64,000 bases of DNA from the human T2T-CHM13v2.0 reference genome, Homo sapiens, in assembly GCF_009914755.1 (NCBI RefSeq), contig NC_060929.1; one strand, 5' to 3'. The translations under genes and the position numbers were made by a program. Shown piece by piece: positions 62,832 through 64,000 of this stretch. The notes beneath the pieces were generated by a model. It was not told the DNA's origin. It ran no database searches and saw only the letters and a list, made by a program, of their open reading frames with translations. Position 1 is the first letter of the stretch. The number at the start of each line of letters is the position of its first letter.

Positions 62832-63629
62832 TGAGCACTCTGCCATGAGCACCTCTGCCACTGGAGTTGGGGAGAGGGAGGACTATGGTGTGAAGTTGAA
62901 GAGCAAGAACAGCCTGCTTCCCACAGGGGAGTCTTGCACTCCACTTTGTCTGTGACCAACTTTACCTCAGTTTCTCTGCCTAGTAAATGGGCCGCTGTCC
63001 TCGTCCCAGCCAGTCCTGCTGTGAGGGACTTGAGAAGTTTTGATTGCCTAATCCTCTGACTTCTCAGGACAAACCAGACCCTGAGCAGGCAAACACTACG
63101 TTAGCTAAAGGGAATCCAGTTCCCTTCCCCATCTGCTGGGAGTGGGCAGGGCTGCAGCCCCAAGGCCCTGGGTGTATCCCAAGGGCAAGACAGGGGGGCT
63201 GGAAAGCAATGGAAGTCAGAGCAGGAAGGAGGAAGAGTGAGGGTCACCCACCCAGCCCCAGGCCTGGGGCAGGACAAGGCGGGGGCATGCAGTAGATAAG
63301 CAGATCCCCTGCGTTAGCTGCTGGTAAATGGTAAAGAGGAAGTGGGGGACATAGGAATGGCAACTTGAAGCAGAGTGCTCTGGGCTGGCCTTGGGAGAAG
63401 GCGTCTCAGTAAAGACCAGAAGGAGGAAGCACTCTTAGGAAGGTCATTCCAGGCAGGGGCTCAGCAAGTGTCAAGGCCCTGAGGTAGAAGTAGGACTACG
63501 AATTGTGACAAATTGTTGTTCCCACCCCATCTACAGGGAACTTCTACGCCTCGGCTGTCTATTTTGCAGTGTCTGGGGGCTACACAGTGTTGGATGGGCA
63601 TCCACTTTGAGAAGGAACACAAATGTGAA

Positions 63630-63881
63630 TTTTTTTTTTGAGACAGAGTCTTGCTCTGTTGCCCAAGCTGGAGTGCAGTAGCGGCAATCATAGCTCACTG
63701 CAGCCTCACTCCTGAGTAGCTAGGAATACAGGCACACACCACCACACCCAGCTTGTGTGTGTGTGTGTGTGTGTGTATAGACAGGGTTTCACTGTGTTTC
63801 ACAAGCTGTGGACTCAAGCAGTCCTCCCACCTTGGCCTCCCAAAGTGCCGTGATTACAGATATGAGCCACCGCACCTGGCC
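63630..63881 (-). mobile_element. Antisense AluJ-type with (TG)n in place of the central linker
   Basis: TSD aaatgtgaa; (TG)n at ~63754-63777. Confidence 0.92.
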
Positions 63882-64000
63882 ATAAATGTGAACTTTTATG
63901 TAAAATCTGCTTTCTCCATGTTGGCTCAAAAATTTAAAAAGGAGCTAGCCAAGCAAGACCTGTGTGGAGCAGCCTGCACTTTCTGCATGAGAAGCTTCTT

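Overview
Human genomic DNA. The species call rests on an AluYb8 insertion and on a spliced translation that matches human treacle as I recall it. The locus is the 5' half of TCOF1 (treacle, Treacher Collins syndrome gene, 5q32-q33) plus about 48 kb of upstream sequence, which from established gene order lies between ARSI and TCOF1. A CpG-island promoter (~48.0-48.9 kb) is followed by seven + strand coding exons: 48288-48395, 51698-51753, 54655-54794, 58385-58458, 59257-59443, 60070-60143 and 62547-62777 (the cassette exon 6A). All have GT-AG boundaries and splice into one open frame of 290 codons; the gene continues past the window end. The rest is dense in Alu, MIR, L2, L1, L3, MaLR LTR and DNA-transposon fossils. 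Apart from the TCOF1 pieces, the ORF track looks like chance or repeat-derived ORFs. I see no new gene system. The best leads are regulatory or RNA-structural: (1) a human-specific AluYb8 head-to-head with an AluY only 70 bp away in intron 3; (2) inverted Alus around cassette exon 6A and other exon blocks; (3) competing AGs at TCOF1 acceptors; (4) distal motif clusters, namely four AP-1 sites at 7.7-8.1 kb and a MEF2/TATA-like palindrome with an E-box at 29.9 kb. Repeat subfamily names and repeat boundaries were called by eye and are approximate.
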